A DNA stretch of 64,000 bases from Treponema sp. Lineage in GTDB: Bacteria > Spirochaetota > Spirochaetia > Treponematales > Treponemataceae. The stretch covers positions 174-64,173 of the forward strand of contig JAEDIW010000009.1 in the NCBI GenBank assembly GCA_016296655.1, read 5' to 3'. Positions within the stretch are counted from its first letter, which is position 1; each line of letters starts with the position of its first letter. Under the pieces are notes generated by a model. That model saw only the letters and a list, made by a program, of their open reading frames with translations. It was not told the origin of the DNA and did no database searches. Below are positions 48,841 to 58,427 of the stretch, piece after piece. A program made the translations under genes and the position numbers.

Positions 48841-49926
48841 TTAGAATGATTTTTTACAGCCTATACCGATTAAGTGTGCAGCCTGATCAGAATCTGTGCT
48901 GACTGAACCGTAAGCATTTACAGTAAAGCTGTCTGTAAAGTTGATTTCAACACCTGGAACGATTGTTGCGTAGGCATCAAAGTCATTTTTTGCTTCGTCT
49001 TCTGCGTAGATTGTTGCTTCTGCTGTAAGTGCAAATGTTTCTGAAAGAGTGTATTTAGCAGCAGGAGTGATTGTTACAGAAAGATTGTCATCTTTGTCGA
49101 TGAACTGATAGCTTTCTGCTGCAAGAAGAAGGTTCGGAATGCCTGTAAATTCAATCTGTTCACAGAATGTGTGTGTTTTTGAGTACCAGGGGCTTGTGCC
49201 ATCATCCAGAGCATCGTCTGATTCGTAAGCATATTCAAGTGCTGCAAGAAGGTTTGACGGTGTGAGGTTTACGTTTGCATAGAAACGGCCAGCTCCTGAG
49301 AATGCTGCGTCAACAGTGAGAATGCCTGCAGAATATTTAAATCCGTAAACTCCTGCCCGTTTGTCAAATTTCTTTTCTTTTTTGTAATTGCCACTATCGT
49401 CCAGTTCTGCAATTTCTTCTTCAACGAGGTAGTCTTTTACAACTGCTGCCAAAAGTGTAAGACCTTCAATTGGTGCGTATCCTGCAAAAACACCTGTTTT
49501 TCCGTCGATAAGGCTGAATCCTTCCCAACCGTCTGAAGAGATGTATTTGTCCCCGATTTTTCCGGCACCTGCAATTACTTTGCCGTCAAAGCCTTTGCCC
49601 CATGCATAAACATACTTTACTTCATCTTTTGTGATGTCAAAATCTTCAAAAGAACCTGTATACTGGAAGCGGAATTTTACTCCGGCTGTTCTGTCATCGC
49701 TTAAAATGTCACCGTTAAGTCTTAGACGAGAACCGCCTCCAAAATAGTCACCTGCAAGCCACTGTTTTGTAGAAACAGTTTTTGCTTCTTTGTCTCCGTC
49801 TTTATTTTTTGTGTTAAGCGTTGAAGTAAGGCCTGCACGTGCATAGCCGTCAACTTTGAATGTCAGTGCAGATACTGTTGCTGAAAGAACTGCAGCTGCT
49901 ACTGCCAGTGTTAAAAATTTTTTCAT
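48841..49926 (-). CDS. Putative outer-membrane beta-barrel (porin-like) protein
   Basis: Signal peptide MKKFLTLAVAAAVLSATVSA, then FKVDGYARAG; alternating amphipathic strands; C-terminal Phe. Confidence 0.75.
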   Translation of the reverse strand: MKKFLTLAVAAAVLSATVSALTFKVDGYARAGLTSTLNTKNKDGDKEAKTVSTKQWLAGDYFGGGSRLRLNGDILSDDRTAGVKFRFQYTGSFEDFDITKDEVKYVYAWGKGFDGKVIAGAGKIGDKYISSDGWEGFSLIDGKTGVFAGYAPIEGLTLLAAVVKDYLVEEEIAELDDSGNYKKEKKFDKRAGVYGFKYSAGILTVDAAFSGAGRFYANVNLTPSNLLAALEYAYESDDALDDGTSPWYSKTHTFCEQIEFTGIPNLLLAAESYQFIDKDDNLSVTITPAAKYTLSETFALTAEATIYAEDEAKNDFDAYATIVPGVEINFTDSFTVNAYGSVSTDSDQAAHLIGIGCKKSF

Positions 49927-50074
49927 AAACTCTCTCCCATTCAAAACCATCCGGCAGAAAAATTTTCTGACTTTCAGGTTTCTGTAAATTTTATGCAGAT
50001 TCTGAAAACAGCAGTTTTTAGAACCTGTTTTTAAAAACCTTATTTTTTTCTCTCCAGAAAAAATAATCGAAAAG

Positions 50075-50103
50075 ATACTATATCTTAGGATATCCTTGTT
50101 CAA
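50075..50103 (-). promoter_or_regulatory. Putative sigma70 promoter of the OMP gene
   Basis: TTGAAC-17 bp-TAGTAT on the minus strand. Confidence 0.5.
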
Positions 50104-50505
50104 TAGATTTTATGAAAAAAAATCCCGTAGCTTTATACTTTTTAATTATGAACAGATATAGTAAAAGTCTATATAAGGCTCTGTATAAGCCATGCAAAAA
50201 AAAATTGCATGGAGTTGTATGGCATAAAAGGTGATTTGCCTGCTTTAATGTGCCGAAATTTTTATTGTGTGCCAAAAAATTGCTATTTATTTGCCAAAAA
50301 ATTACAGAACAAGTTTTGTATTTTGTGTTATTTTATGTTGCTGTCTTGTGCTTTTTGGGCTTTTTAAGCTAGAGTAGATTGAAAGGAGTTGAAAAAAAAA
50401 GGACTATCCGATGTTTTCCATTTTTTTTATGGATTTATGCGTAATATTGCCGGATTTCTTATTTTTTTGAAAAAAAACAAATTATAATTATTTGTGGTGA
50501 ATTTT

Positions 50506-52692
50506 ATGGATATGTGTGACAGATGCAGTAAAGGGCAGCCTTTTCCGATTGGAGCAACATTAACAGACGGCGGTGTAAATTTTGCAGTTTACAGCGAAAA
50601 TGCAAAAAGAATTTTTCTGGAATTTTACAATGAAGCCAGCGACAGTGAACCTAGCATGACTTTTTGCCTTGATTCTGAATACAACAGGAGCGGTTCAATC
50701 TGGCATTGTTTTGTAAAGGGGGCTTCTGCAGGTCAGCTGTATCTTTACAGGGCTGAAGGTGAGTATGCACCTGAAAAGGGTCTGCGTTTTGACAGTGAGG
50801 CTCATCTGTTTGACCCTTATGCAAAGGCTTTTACGGAAGGTTCTGTTTTTAAAGCTTATAGAATGGCTCGGGCCGCTGGTCAGAATATAAATACAGGCTC
50901 TGTCGAAATGCCTGAAGTTTGCAATCGTGCAGACATGAGAATTTTTCCAAAATGTGTTGTTGTTGATGACAGTTTTGACTGGGAAGATGACAGGCCTTTG
51001 CAGATTCCTTTGCGAGATTCTGTGATTTATGAAATGCATCTTAAAGGCTATACAGCCAGCATTACTGCCAATGTAAAAAATCCGGGAACTTATGCCGGCC
51101 TTGTTGAAAAAATTCCGTATTTAAAAGAGCTGGGTATTACGGCTGTTGAACTTATGCCGATTTTTGAATTCGATGAAAATGAAAATGAACGCAAAAATCC
51201 AGAAACTGGTGAACAGCTTAAAAATTTCTGGGGTTACAGCACAATCGGCTTTTTTGCGCCAAAACAGTCGTATTCCTGCGGCGGAAATGCCGGGGAATGT
51301 GTAAAAGAATTCAAGCAGATGGTAAAAGAATTCCATAAGGCTGGAATTGAGGTGATTCTTGATGTCGTTTACAATCATACGGCAGAAGGCAATCATCTGG
51401 GAAATACTTTTTGTTTCCGCGGTTTTGCAAATGAGGTTTACTATATACTGTCTCCATTGGACAGACGTTATTACAGCGATTATACAGGCTGTGGAAATTC
51501 GGTAAATGCAAATCACCCTGTTGTTGTTCAGTTTATTCTGGACAGTCTGCGTTACTGGGTTTTGCAGATGCATGTTGATGGTTTCCGTTTTGACTTGGCC
51601 AGCGAGCTTTGCCGTGGCGAAAATGGGGATGTCCTTGGAATTCCTTTTTTGACGCGTGCTATTTCTGAAGATCCTGTACTGCATGACAGCAAGATTATTG
51701 CCGAACCATGGGATGCCGGTGGAGCTTATCACGTGGGATGTTTCCCAGGCGGAAGATGGAGCTGCTGGAATGATAAATTCCGTGATGCAATGCGTAGGTT
51801 TTTCCGGGGCGAAGACCATCTGATTACTGAATTGGCAACTAGGATTACAGGCAGTTCTGATTTATTTGCTGGTGGTGGACCTGAAGCTTCTGTAAATTTT
51901 GTCTGTGTTCATGATGGATTTACCATGAATGACCTTGTTTCCTATACATCCAAGCACAACATTGCAAACGGTGAAGGCAACTGCGACGGTAGCGAAAACA
52001 ATTACAGCTACAGCAATGGAATTGAAGGTGAAACTGATAATGTCCATATAGAAAACTTGAGGCTTAGAAGCATAAAAAACATGATGCTTTCGCTTATGCT
52101 TTCGCAGGGAGTTCCACTTCTGCTTGCAGGTGATGAATTCCGCAGAACCCAGCATGGAAATAACAATGCCTACTGTCAGGACAATGAAATTTCATGGATT
52201 GACTGGTCTCTGGCAGAAAAAAATGCAGATATTCTGCGCTTTGTACAAAAGCTGATAAAGCTGCGCAAGGATCATCCTGTATTCCGGCGCAGTGAATTTT
52301 TCAAAGGAGGTGACATTGCCCATGGAATTTTCCCTGACATTGCATGGTATAATGCAGAAGGGCAATATCCTGACTGGACAAAGCTCAAAAAATTTATTGC
52401 CTGCCGCATGAATGGTTCGGCAGCCGACACCAGAAATGGTCTGAAAGACAATGATTTTTATTTTGCCATAAATATGGATTCTCAGGATTGTGTGGCCATG
52501 TTGCCACCTTTGCCTGCAGACAGAAGCTGGCGCCGTGTTATTGATACTTCGGCAGCTGCTCCTGAAGATATTTGTGATTCTGGCGATGAGGAAATTTTAC
52601 CATCGCAAAAAAGATATATAGTTCCTGCTGGTAGTATCGTTTTACTGTTGAGCATGGACATATTACAAAACAGAAGATCAGCTGGTTGCTGA
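50506..52692 (+). CDS. glgX: Glycogen debranching enzyme / isoamylase (GH13)
   Basis: NFWGYST, DVVYNHTAEG, VDGFRFDLA, IAEPWD, HDGFTMNDLVSY, NNNAYCQDN; alternative GTG start 50494. Confidence 0.96.
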   Translation: MDMCDRCSKGQPFPIGATLTDGGVNFAVYSENAKRIFLEFYNEASDSEPSMTFCLDSEYNRSGSIWHCFVKGASAGQLYLYRAEGEYAPEKGLRFDSEAHLFDPYAKAFTEGSVFKAYRMARAAGQNINTGSVEMPEVCNRADMRIFPKCVVVDDSFDWEDDRPLQIPLRDSVIYEMHLKGYTASITANVKNPGTYAGLVEKIPYLKELGITAVELMPIFEFDENENERKNPETGEQLKNFWGYSTIGFFAPKQSYSCGGNAGECVKEFKQMVKEFHKAGIEVILDVVYNHTAEGNHLGNTFCFRGFANEVYYILSPLDRRYYSDYTGCGNSVNANHPVVVQFILDSLRYWVLQMHVDGFRFDLASELCRGENGDVLGIPFLTRAISEDPVLHDSKIIAEPWDAGGAYHVGCFPGGRWSCWNDKFRDAMRRFFRGEDHLITELATRITGSSDLFAGGGPEASVNFVCVHDGFTMNDLVSYTSKHNIANGEGNCDGSENNYSYSNGIEGETDNVHIENLRLRSIKNMMLSLMLSQGVPLLLAGDEFRRTQHGNNNAYCQDNEISWIDWSLAEKNADILRFVQKLIKLRKDHPVFRRSEFFKGGDIAHGIFPDIAWYNAEGQYPDWTKLKKFIACRMNGSAADTRNGLKDNDFYFAINMDSQDCVAMLPPLPADRSWRRVIDTSAAAPEDICDSGDEEILPSQKRYIVPAGSIVLLLSMDILQNRRSAGC

Positions 52693-52711
52693 TAAAACAA
52701 ACGGAGGACTT

Positions 52712-55162
52712 ATGGAATTTGATAAGGAGAAGTTCAAGGACATGATGCTAACTCGTCTGCGCCAGCAATATGGCAAGGACTTAACAGGTGCAAATCGGCA
52801 TGATTTGTATGATGCTGTTGTTGCAGACTGTATGAATATCATTATGGACCGCTGGATTTCAACATGGCAGACTTATGACAAGGAAAATTCTCGTTCTGTA
52901 TATTATTTTTCAGCAGAATTTTTAATGGGACGTGCGCTGGACAATAACCTTATTAACTTAGGCATAAAGGAATTTGTAGATAACCTGTTGAAAGAACTGC
53001 ACCTGGATTTGACCTCGATAGAAGAGGAAGAACCTGATCCAGGCTTGGGCAACGGAGGTCTTGGTCGCCTTGCTGCCTGTTTCTTGGACAGCCTTGCAAC
53101 TTTGGATTATCCGTCAAGAGGTTATGGAATTCGCTATAAATATGGTATGTTTGAGCAGAGAATCGAAGACGGCTATCAGGTTGAATATCCTGACTTGTGG
53201 ATAAAGCACCGTGATCCGTGGGAAATTAAGCGCAGCGACCTTGCAGTTACAGTACGCTTTGGCGGAAATATTGTTTACGGAAAAATGCCTGACGGTGCAA
53301 TCCGCTTCAGTCTGCAGGATGCTGACGAAGTTATTGCAACTCCTTATGATATGCCTGTTGTTGGTTATGGAACAAACACTGTCGGTATGCTGCGCCTTTG
53401 GGAAGCTTCAAGCGCAAACGGCTTTAACCTTAAACTGTTCAATGACGGTTTGTACAACCGCTCTGTTGAAAAAGAAAATAATGCCGAACACATCAGCCGC
53501 ATCCTTTATCCGAATGATACAGGTCCTGACGGAAAATCTTTGCGGTTAAAGCAGCAGTATTTCTTTTCTTCTGCAAGCCTTCAGGATATGGTACGCAGTT
53601 TTGTTTCAAAGTATGGAACAGATTTTTCTCAGTTCCCTAAATACAATGTCGTTCAGCTCAATGATACACATCCAGTTGTAGCCATTCCTGAACTCATGCG
53701 CATTCTTGTTGACGAATACCGTGTAAGCTGGGATGATGCATGGTCAATCGTACAGCAGACATTTGCCTATACAAACCATACGATTATGGCAGAAGCTCTT
53801 GAAAAATGGACAATTGATATCTTCCAGGGACTGTTGCCACGCATTTATCAGATTGTTGAAGAAATCAACCGTCGTTTCCTTATAGAACTGCGTGAAAAAT
53901 ATCCGTCTGACTATGAACGCCACAACAGAATGTCGATCATTGCTGACGGCCAGATTCACATGGCTCGCCTTGCAATTCATTCCTGCTACAGCGTAAACGG
54001 AGTTGCAGAACTTCATACAGAGCTTCTGAAAACTCAGGAACTTAAAGATTGGGCAGAACTTTATCCTGAAAAATTCAACAATAAGACAAACGGTATCACT
54101 CAGCGCCGCTGGCTTTTGACAGCAAACCCAATGCTCGCAGATTTTATTACAAAGCGCATTGGTTCTGACTGGGTAAAAGACCTCACAAAGCTTAAAGGCC
54201 TTGAAAAATACCTTGATGATGACGCTTCATTGAAAGAACTTCTGGAAATCAAGCAGGAAAATAAGCGCCGCCTTGCCGAATACCTCAAGGTTTCACAGAA
54301 TGAATTCCTTGACCCTGACAGCATTTTTGATGTTCAGGTTAAACGTCTGCACGAATATAAACGCCAGCTGCTCAATGTTCTGCACATTATGTACGTTTAC
54401 AACCGCTTGATTGAAGATCCTTCTTACAATCCGATTCCAAGAACTTACATTTTTGGAGCAAAGGCTGCCAGCGGTTACCGCCGTGCAAAAGCTATCATCA
54501 AGCTGATTAACACTGTTGCAGAACGTGTAAACAATGACCGTCGCGTACGGGGCAAACTTCGCGTCGTATTTGTTGAAAATTATCGTGTAAGTGTTGCAGA
54601 AAAGATTTTCCCAGCTGCAGACATTTCTGAACAGATTTCAACCGCTGGCAAAGAAGCTTCTGGTACAAGCAACATGAAATTCATGGTAAACGGTGCTGTT
54701 ACTCTTGGAACTTTGGACGGTGCAAATATTGAAATTATCCAGGAAGCTGGCGAAGAAAATGAATTTGTTTTCGGCTTGAAGACAGAAGAAATTCTGAAAA
54801 TGCAGGCTGAAAATTCATATCATCCACAGGATGTCCTTTCTAGAAATCCTGAATTGGAAAAGGTTGTAAATCAGCTTATTGACGGAACTTATGACCCGAC
54901 ACGCCAGCTGTTCAAAGAACTGCATGATTCTTTGGTTTACGGTGTTGAAGGTCAGCGTCCAGATGTTTACTATGTTCTTGCCGACTTTGATTCTTACTGC
55001 AAGGCTCAGGACAAAATCGAGGAAGCTTATGTTGACAAGATGAAGTGGGCAAAAATGATGCTTAAGAACATTGCAAACAGCGGAAAATTCTCTTCTGACA
55101 GAACAATTGAAGATTATGTCCGCGACATCTGGAAACTTAAGAAGACTCCAGTAGAAATGTAA
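52712..55162 (+). CDS. glgP: Glycogen/maltodextrin phosphorylase
   Basis: GLGNGGLGRLAACF, QLNDTHP, KRLHEYKRQ, EASGTSNMK. Confidence 0.97.
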   Translation: MEFDKEKFKDMMLTRLRQQYGKDLTGANRHDLYDAVVADCMNIIMDRWISTWQTYDKENSRSVYYFSAEFLMGRALDNNLINLGIKEFVDNLLKELHLDLTSIEEEEPDPGLGNGGLGRLAACFLDSLATLDYPSRGYGIRYKYGMFEQRIEDGYQVEYPDLWIKHRDPWEIKRSDLAVTVRFGGNIVYGKMPDGAIRFSLQDADEVIATPYDMPVVGYGTNTVGMLRLWEASSANGFNLKLFNDGLYNRSVEKENNAEHISRILYPNDTGPDGKSLRLKQQYFFSSASLQDMVRSFVSKYGTDFSQFPKYNVVQLNDTHPVVAIPELMRILVDEYRVSWDDAWSIVQQTFAYTNHTIMAEALEKWTIDIFQGLLPRIYQIVEEINRRFLIELREKYPSDYERHNRMSIIADGQIHMARLAIHSCYSVNGVAELHTELLKTQELKDWAELYPEKFNNKTNGITQRRWLLTANPMLADFITKRIGSDWVKDLTKLKGLEKYLDDDASLKELLEIKQENKRRLAEYLKVSQNEFLDPDSIFDVQVKRLHEYKRQLLNVLHIMYVYNRLIEDPSYNPIPRTYIFGAKAASGYRRAKAIIKLINTVAERVNNDRRVRGKLRVVFVENYRVSVAEKIFPAADISEQISTAGKEASGTSNMKFMVNGAVTLGTLDGANIEIIQEAGEENEFVFGLKTEEILKMQAENSYHPQDVLSRNPELEKVVNQLIDGTYDPTRQLFKELHDSLVYGVEGQRPDVYYVLADFDSYCKAQDKIEEAYVDKMKWAKMMLKNIANSGKFSSDRTIEDYVRDIWKLKKTPVEM

Positions 55163-55195
55163 AACTTAAATGTAAAACTGAATTTTTCGGTTACG

Positions 55196-55241
55196 ATGCT
55201 TCTGTCTTTCTGCATTGCAGTCTGGCAGAAGCATTTTTTTT
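55196..55241 (+). terminator. Terminator of glgP
   Basis: ATGCTTCTGTC...GGCAGAAGCAT plus T tract. Confidence 0.75.
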
Positions 55242-55280
55242 AGGAAAAGTTTTTTCCATGCATCTAAAAATCAAAAAGGC

Positions 55281-55309
55281 AAAAAAAAACCGCAGAAAAA
55301 AATCTGCGG
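55281..55309 (-). terminator. Terminator of rpsU
   Basis: CCGCAGA/TCTGCGG hairpin with A tract on the plus strand. Confidence 0.75.
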
Positions 55310-55319
55310 CTGTAAAAAA

Positions 55320-55526
55320 CTAGTAGTCTTTTTTTTCTGACTTTCTTCTCTTGTTAAGAAGCTTTCTTGCAAGAGTTGTTTTTTTCTGGTGATTTGTAGC
55401 AGAAGGCTTTACAAAGTATTCACGCTTTTTGAATTCGCGGATAATACCTTCTTTTTCAACCATACGCTTAAAACGTTTGATAGCTTTTTCCAGATTTTCT
55501 GAATCATCAACGTTGATTGTTGGCAT
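55320..55526 (-). CDS. rpsU: 30S ribosomal protein S21
   Basis: ENLEKAIKRFKR, KREYFVKPS; GGAGGTG SD before ATG 55526. Confidence 0.96.
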   Translation of the reverse strand: MPTINVDDSENLEKAIKRFKRMVEKEGIIREFKKREYFVKPSATNHQKKTTLARKLLNKRRKSEKKDY

Positions 55527-55571
55527 AACTAAATTCACCTCCTTTTATCGGAATACCGAAGACAGAACCAC

Positions 55572-55601
55572 ATTCTAGCTGATTTTACCAGACAAATTCA
55601 A
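55572..55601 (-). promoter_or_regulatory. Putative rpsU promoter
   Basis: TTGAAT-18 bp-TAGAAT on the minus strand. Confidence 0.55.
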
Positions 55602-55847
55602 GTAGAATTTTCTGTAATTCGGAAAATTTGGCAAAATTTGCAAAAAAACAGCAGAAAACGGCAAAACTTTGCAAAAACAGTCAGGAAATCGACAAAAAAC
55701 AACAATGAATCAGGCAAAAACTGCCAGAAATTGCCCCTGCCTGAAAAGTTGCCATAGGTTTTGTCAGCCGTTTGCAAAAAATCAGCAGGAATTTCTGACA
55801 TTTTTCTGAGAAAGTCATGCAAACCATAAAAATTTATGCTAAACTAA

Positions 55848-56017
55848 GAAAACTCTGAATAAATCCTATTGAGGATTTTTCAGTGTTAATCTTGAATACG
55901 TCAAGTCAAGGCACGCTAACGCTCAAGACCTTGACTTCGCCGTTTTAGGGGTTTGTTTTAACCCCTTAAAGTCATTTCGGAAAGTCTGCTTTTTTGGTAA
56001 GTTTTTCTGAGGTTTCC
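55848..56017. mobile_element. Chimeric MITE-like element: family-B left hairpin fused to family-A core
   Basis: 55856-55889 is identical to 60713-60748 region (CTGAATAAATCCTATTGAGGATTTTTCAGTGTTAA); 55900-55970 matches family A; right end TTTTTCTGAGGTTTCC. Confidence 0.75.
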
Positions 56018-56051
56018 AAAAGAAACATTTGATTACTAATGGGAGTTTTTT

Positions 56052-56690
56052 ATGAAAATCGCTTTGATTAACGAAAACAGTCAGGCAGCAAAAAATGCTG
56101 TAATTTTGAAGGCTTTGAAAAAAGTTGTAGAGCCGATGGGCTTTGAAGTTGTAAATTATGGAATGTATTCTGCAGAAGACAAGGCACAGCTTACTTATGT
56201 TCAGAATGGAATTCTTGCTGCAACTTTGCTGAATGCCAAGGCTGCCGACTACGTAATAACAGGCTGCGGTACTGGCGAAGGAGCTATGCTTGCTTTGAAC
56301 AGCTTTCCAGGCGTAATTTGTGGACATGTTGCAACTCCTCTGGACGCATACACTTTTGCTCAAATCAATGACGGAAATGCAATTTCAATTCCTTTTGCAC
56401 TTGGCTTTGGCTGGGGCGGAGACTTGAATCTGGAATATATATTCGAAAAACTTTTCTGCGAACCAAGTGGTCAGGGTTATCCTCGCGAACGTGCAGTTCC
56501 TGAACAGCGTAACAAGAAAATTCTAGACGGTGTGCGCGCAGTTGCCTTTAAAGATTTCTGTGAAATTCTGAAAGGTCTGGACAGGGAACTCGTAAAAGGC
56601 GCTTTTGCCGGTGAAAAATTTGCCGAACTGTTCTTTCCTGCCTGCAAGGATGAAAAAATTGCCGCAACAGTAAAAGAACTCATGGCATAA
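56052..56690 (+). CDS. RpiB/LacA/LacB-family isomerase, DhuI-like long subtype
   Basis: MKIALINENSQAAKN, TGCGTGEG, FGWGGDLNL, GYPRER. Confidence 0.85.
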   Translation: MKIALINENSQAAKNAVILKALKKVVEPMGFEVVNYGMYSAEDKAQLTYVQNGILAATLLNAKAADYVITGCGTGEGAMLALNSFPGVICGHVATPLDAYTFAQINDGNAISIPFALGFGWGGDLNLEYIFEKLFCEPSGQGYPRERAVPEQRNKKILDGVRAVAFKDFCEILKGLDRELVKGAFAGEKFAELFFPACKDEKIAATVKELMA

Positions 56691-56706
56691 ACTGCTGTCA
56701 GCTGTC

Positions 56707-56752
56707 AAAAAAGGCCGTTCCATCTGAATTTTGGAGCGGCTTTTTGTTTTTT
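56707..56752 (+). terminator. Bidirectional terminator
   Basis: AAAAAAGGCCGTTCCA...TGGAGCGGCTTTTTG. Confidence 0.8.
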
Positions 56753-56892
56753 ATGGGCGCATACGGCAGAAAAATTCTGCCGTACCAGGTCATTCGTGGT
56801 TCCGTGTCTTACGCACTTCATTCCTGAAAACCGCTGCCAAAGTCAGCTGTTCCCAGGAACGCCTGCGGCGCCACTACTGCCCTTTGCGCACT
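56751..56892 (-). repeat. Structured intergenic element, family C copy 4
   Basis: Minus strand GCGCAAAGGGCAGTAGTG...CACGAATGACCTGG-TACGGCAGAA/TTCTGCCGTA-TGCGCCCATAAAAAA. Confidence 0.72.
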
Positions 56893-57551
56893 GGCTGTTC
56901 ATTCATTTTTCTGCATAAAAAAATCCTGTCGGTAGTCACAGACCCATCGGATTCTGTATATGGAAGTGCCCACGTTTGTTGGACAGAAAATCCATATTTT
57001 TCAAGGCAGTTTTGGACAGCCTGTTTTGTATGGTAATTTATGAAAAATTTGTTTTCTCCTCCAAAACTTGTTTTTTCAAAGCCACACTTTGTTCCTTCCA
57101 TAAAACTGATGTAAAAAATGCTTCCATTTTTTGTAAGATTTTCTGCTGCATTTTTTATGCACTGTTCTGCCTGACTGCTGTCCAAATACGGAATTCCAAA
57201 CCCCAGAATTACAGCATCATATTTTTTGCCGCTGGAAAAATCTGTTATGTTGCCCATGCAAAAATCTGCTGTAATGCAGTTTGCACATTTTTTCAATTTT
57301 TTTTCTGCAGCGGCAAGCATTTTTTTTGAAAGATCCACGCAGGTTACGCAGGCTTTTTTTGTTTTCAGGATATATGCAGAAATTTGTGCAGGTCCTGAAG
57401 CAAGTTCCAGAATTGCGCAATTATCCTGAATATTTTGTGCAAGTGCGTCGTAAGTTTCATTGTAGTTTGTAAGTTTTGCAATTGCATTGCAAAATCCTTC
57501 TACAGAATTGTCATAAGACTGAATTGTTTCTGTAAGTTCTATTTTGTTCAT
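56874..57551 (-). CDS. Class I SAM-dependent methyltransferase
   Basis: ILELASGPA, VDLSKKML, YDAV motif order. Confidence 0.88.
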   Translation of the reverse strand: MNKIELTETIQSYDNSVEGFCNAIAKLTNYNETYDALAQNIQDNCAILELASGPAQISAYILKTKKACVTCVDLSKKMLAAAEKKLKKCANCITADFCMGNITDFSSGKKYDAVILGFGIPYLDSSQAEQCIKNAAENLTKNGSIFYISFMEGTKCGFEKTSFGGENKFFINYHTKQAVQNCLEKYGFSVQQTWALPYTESDGSVTTDRIFLCRKMNEQPVRKGQ

Positions 57552-57617
57552 ATTTTCTCAGAATCCTGAAGAGCATAAAATTTTTCGGCAGGTTGTTTCT
57601 GCAATATGCTGAATTTT

Positions 57618-58409
57618 TTAAGCTTCTGTGCCGTATACTTCCAGCTGGGTAAGGGCTGGAAAAGGTGATGGATCGTCGGCTTTTATCAGGGTGTCCAGCG
57701 TCAGCCAGGAAATTGTTTTTTCCGGGATTTTGAACGATTGTGCAGAACCTGTTTTTACAAAGTTTGCAGTAAAATCTGTGCCGTCGGAAAAATGGACAGT
57801 TCCGCTTTGCCACCATGCATCATGCGGAAAATCTGCACGGAGATAGAATACAAGTTCGTCAATTTTTACGTTTCTGCCAAAGTCTATTTTCAGCTGGGCC
57901 TGAGGATCCCTGTTAATTCCCCAGCTGGCAAACGGCCAGTTTCCATGGCTTGAGTTTGCAATTATGCCGTCAATTGCATTGCGTGCTGCAAAAACTGATT
58001 CTCCACGGGTTTCTATATTTGCGCTTGCATGGGGAAAAAAGCCTTTGTTGAAATGTCCGTCTGTCGAATTGAACGCGAGGTTTTTGCGTACTGCAATTTC
58101 TTCTGGCCGTGCGCGGCGGATGTGTATGTAATGCTGGTTTCCTGAAAAACTTTGCGGCGGATAGCAAAATTTTTTTTCATCAAATGGAACTGGAAATTCA
58201 AAAGTGTCTTTAATGCAGACAAATGCTGGCTGTAGGCCAAAGTCTAGCTGTACGACTGCAAAAACAGGTTTTTCGCTGGAATCAATCCTGATGATGTCGC
58301 CTTTTTGATATTCTGCCTGATAAACTGCATGGATTTCTGAAGCAGCAGCCTGTTTTAGTGTACAGGTTTGGTCTGCTTTTATTATGGAAATTGAAAATTC
58401 TGTGTTCAT
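57618..58409 (-). CDS. Putative carbohydrate-binding protein with discoidin/galactose-binding-like C-terminal domain
   Basis: AARNAIDG...SW...LKIDFGR..KIDEL...FSDG...LEVYG pattern. Confidence 0.7.
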   Translation of the reverse strand: MNTEFSISIIKADQTCTLKQAAASEIHAVYQAEYQKGDIIRIDSSEKPVFAVVQLDFGLQPAFVCIKDTFEFPVPFDEKKFCYPPQSFSGNQHYIHIRRARPEEIAVRKNLAFNSTDGHFNKGFFPHASANIETRGESVFAARNAIDGIIANSSHGNWPFASWGINRDPQAQLKIDFGRNVKIDELVFYLRADFPHDAWWQSGTVHFSDGTDFTANFVKTGSAQSFKIPEKTISWLTLDTLIKADDPSPFPALTQLEVYGTEA

Positions 58410-58427
58410 GTGTTAAGTATAGCCTTT

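Noticed and set aside
49927..50103. 59-codon N-terminal extension of the OMP in the ORF track, and similar extensions for pfk, era, SDR, livM and the second SBP
   Set aside because: Downstream ATGs have SDs, promoters or signal peptides in the proper position
55598..55822. 74-aa minus-strand ORF
   Set aside because: By-product of the phased A tracts; overlaps the rpsU promoter
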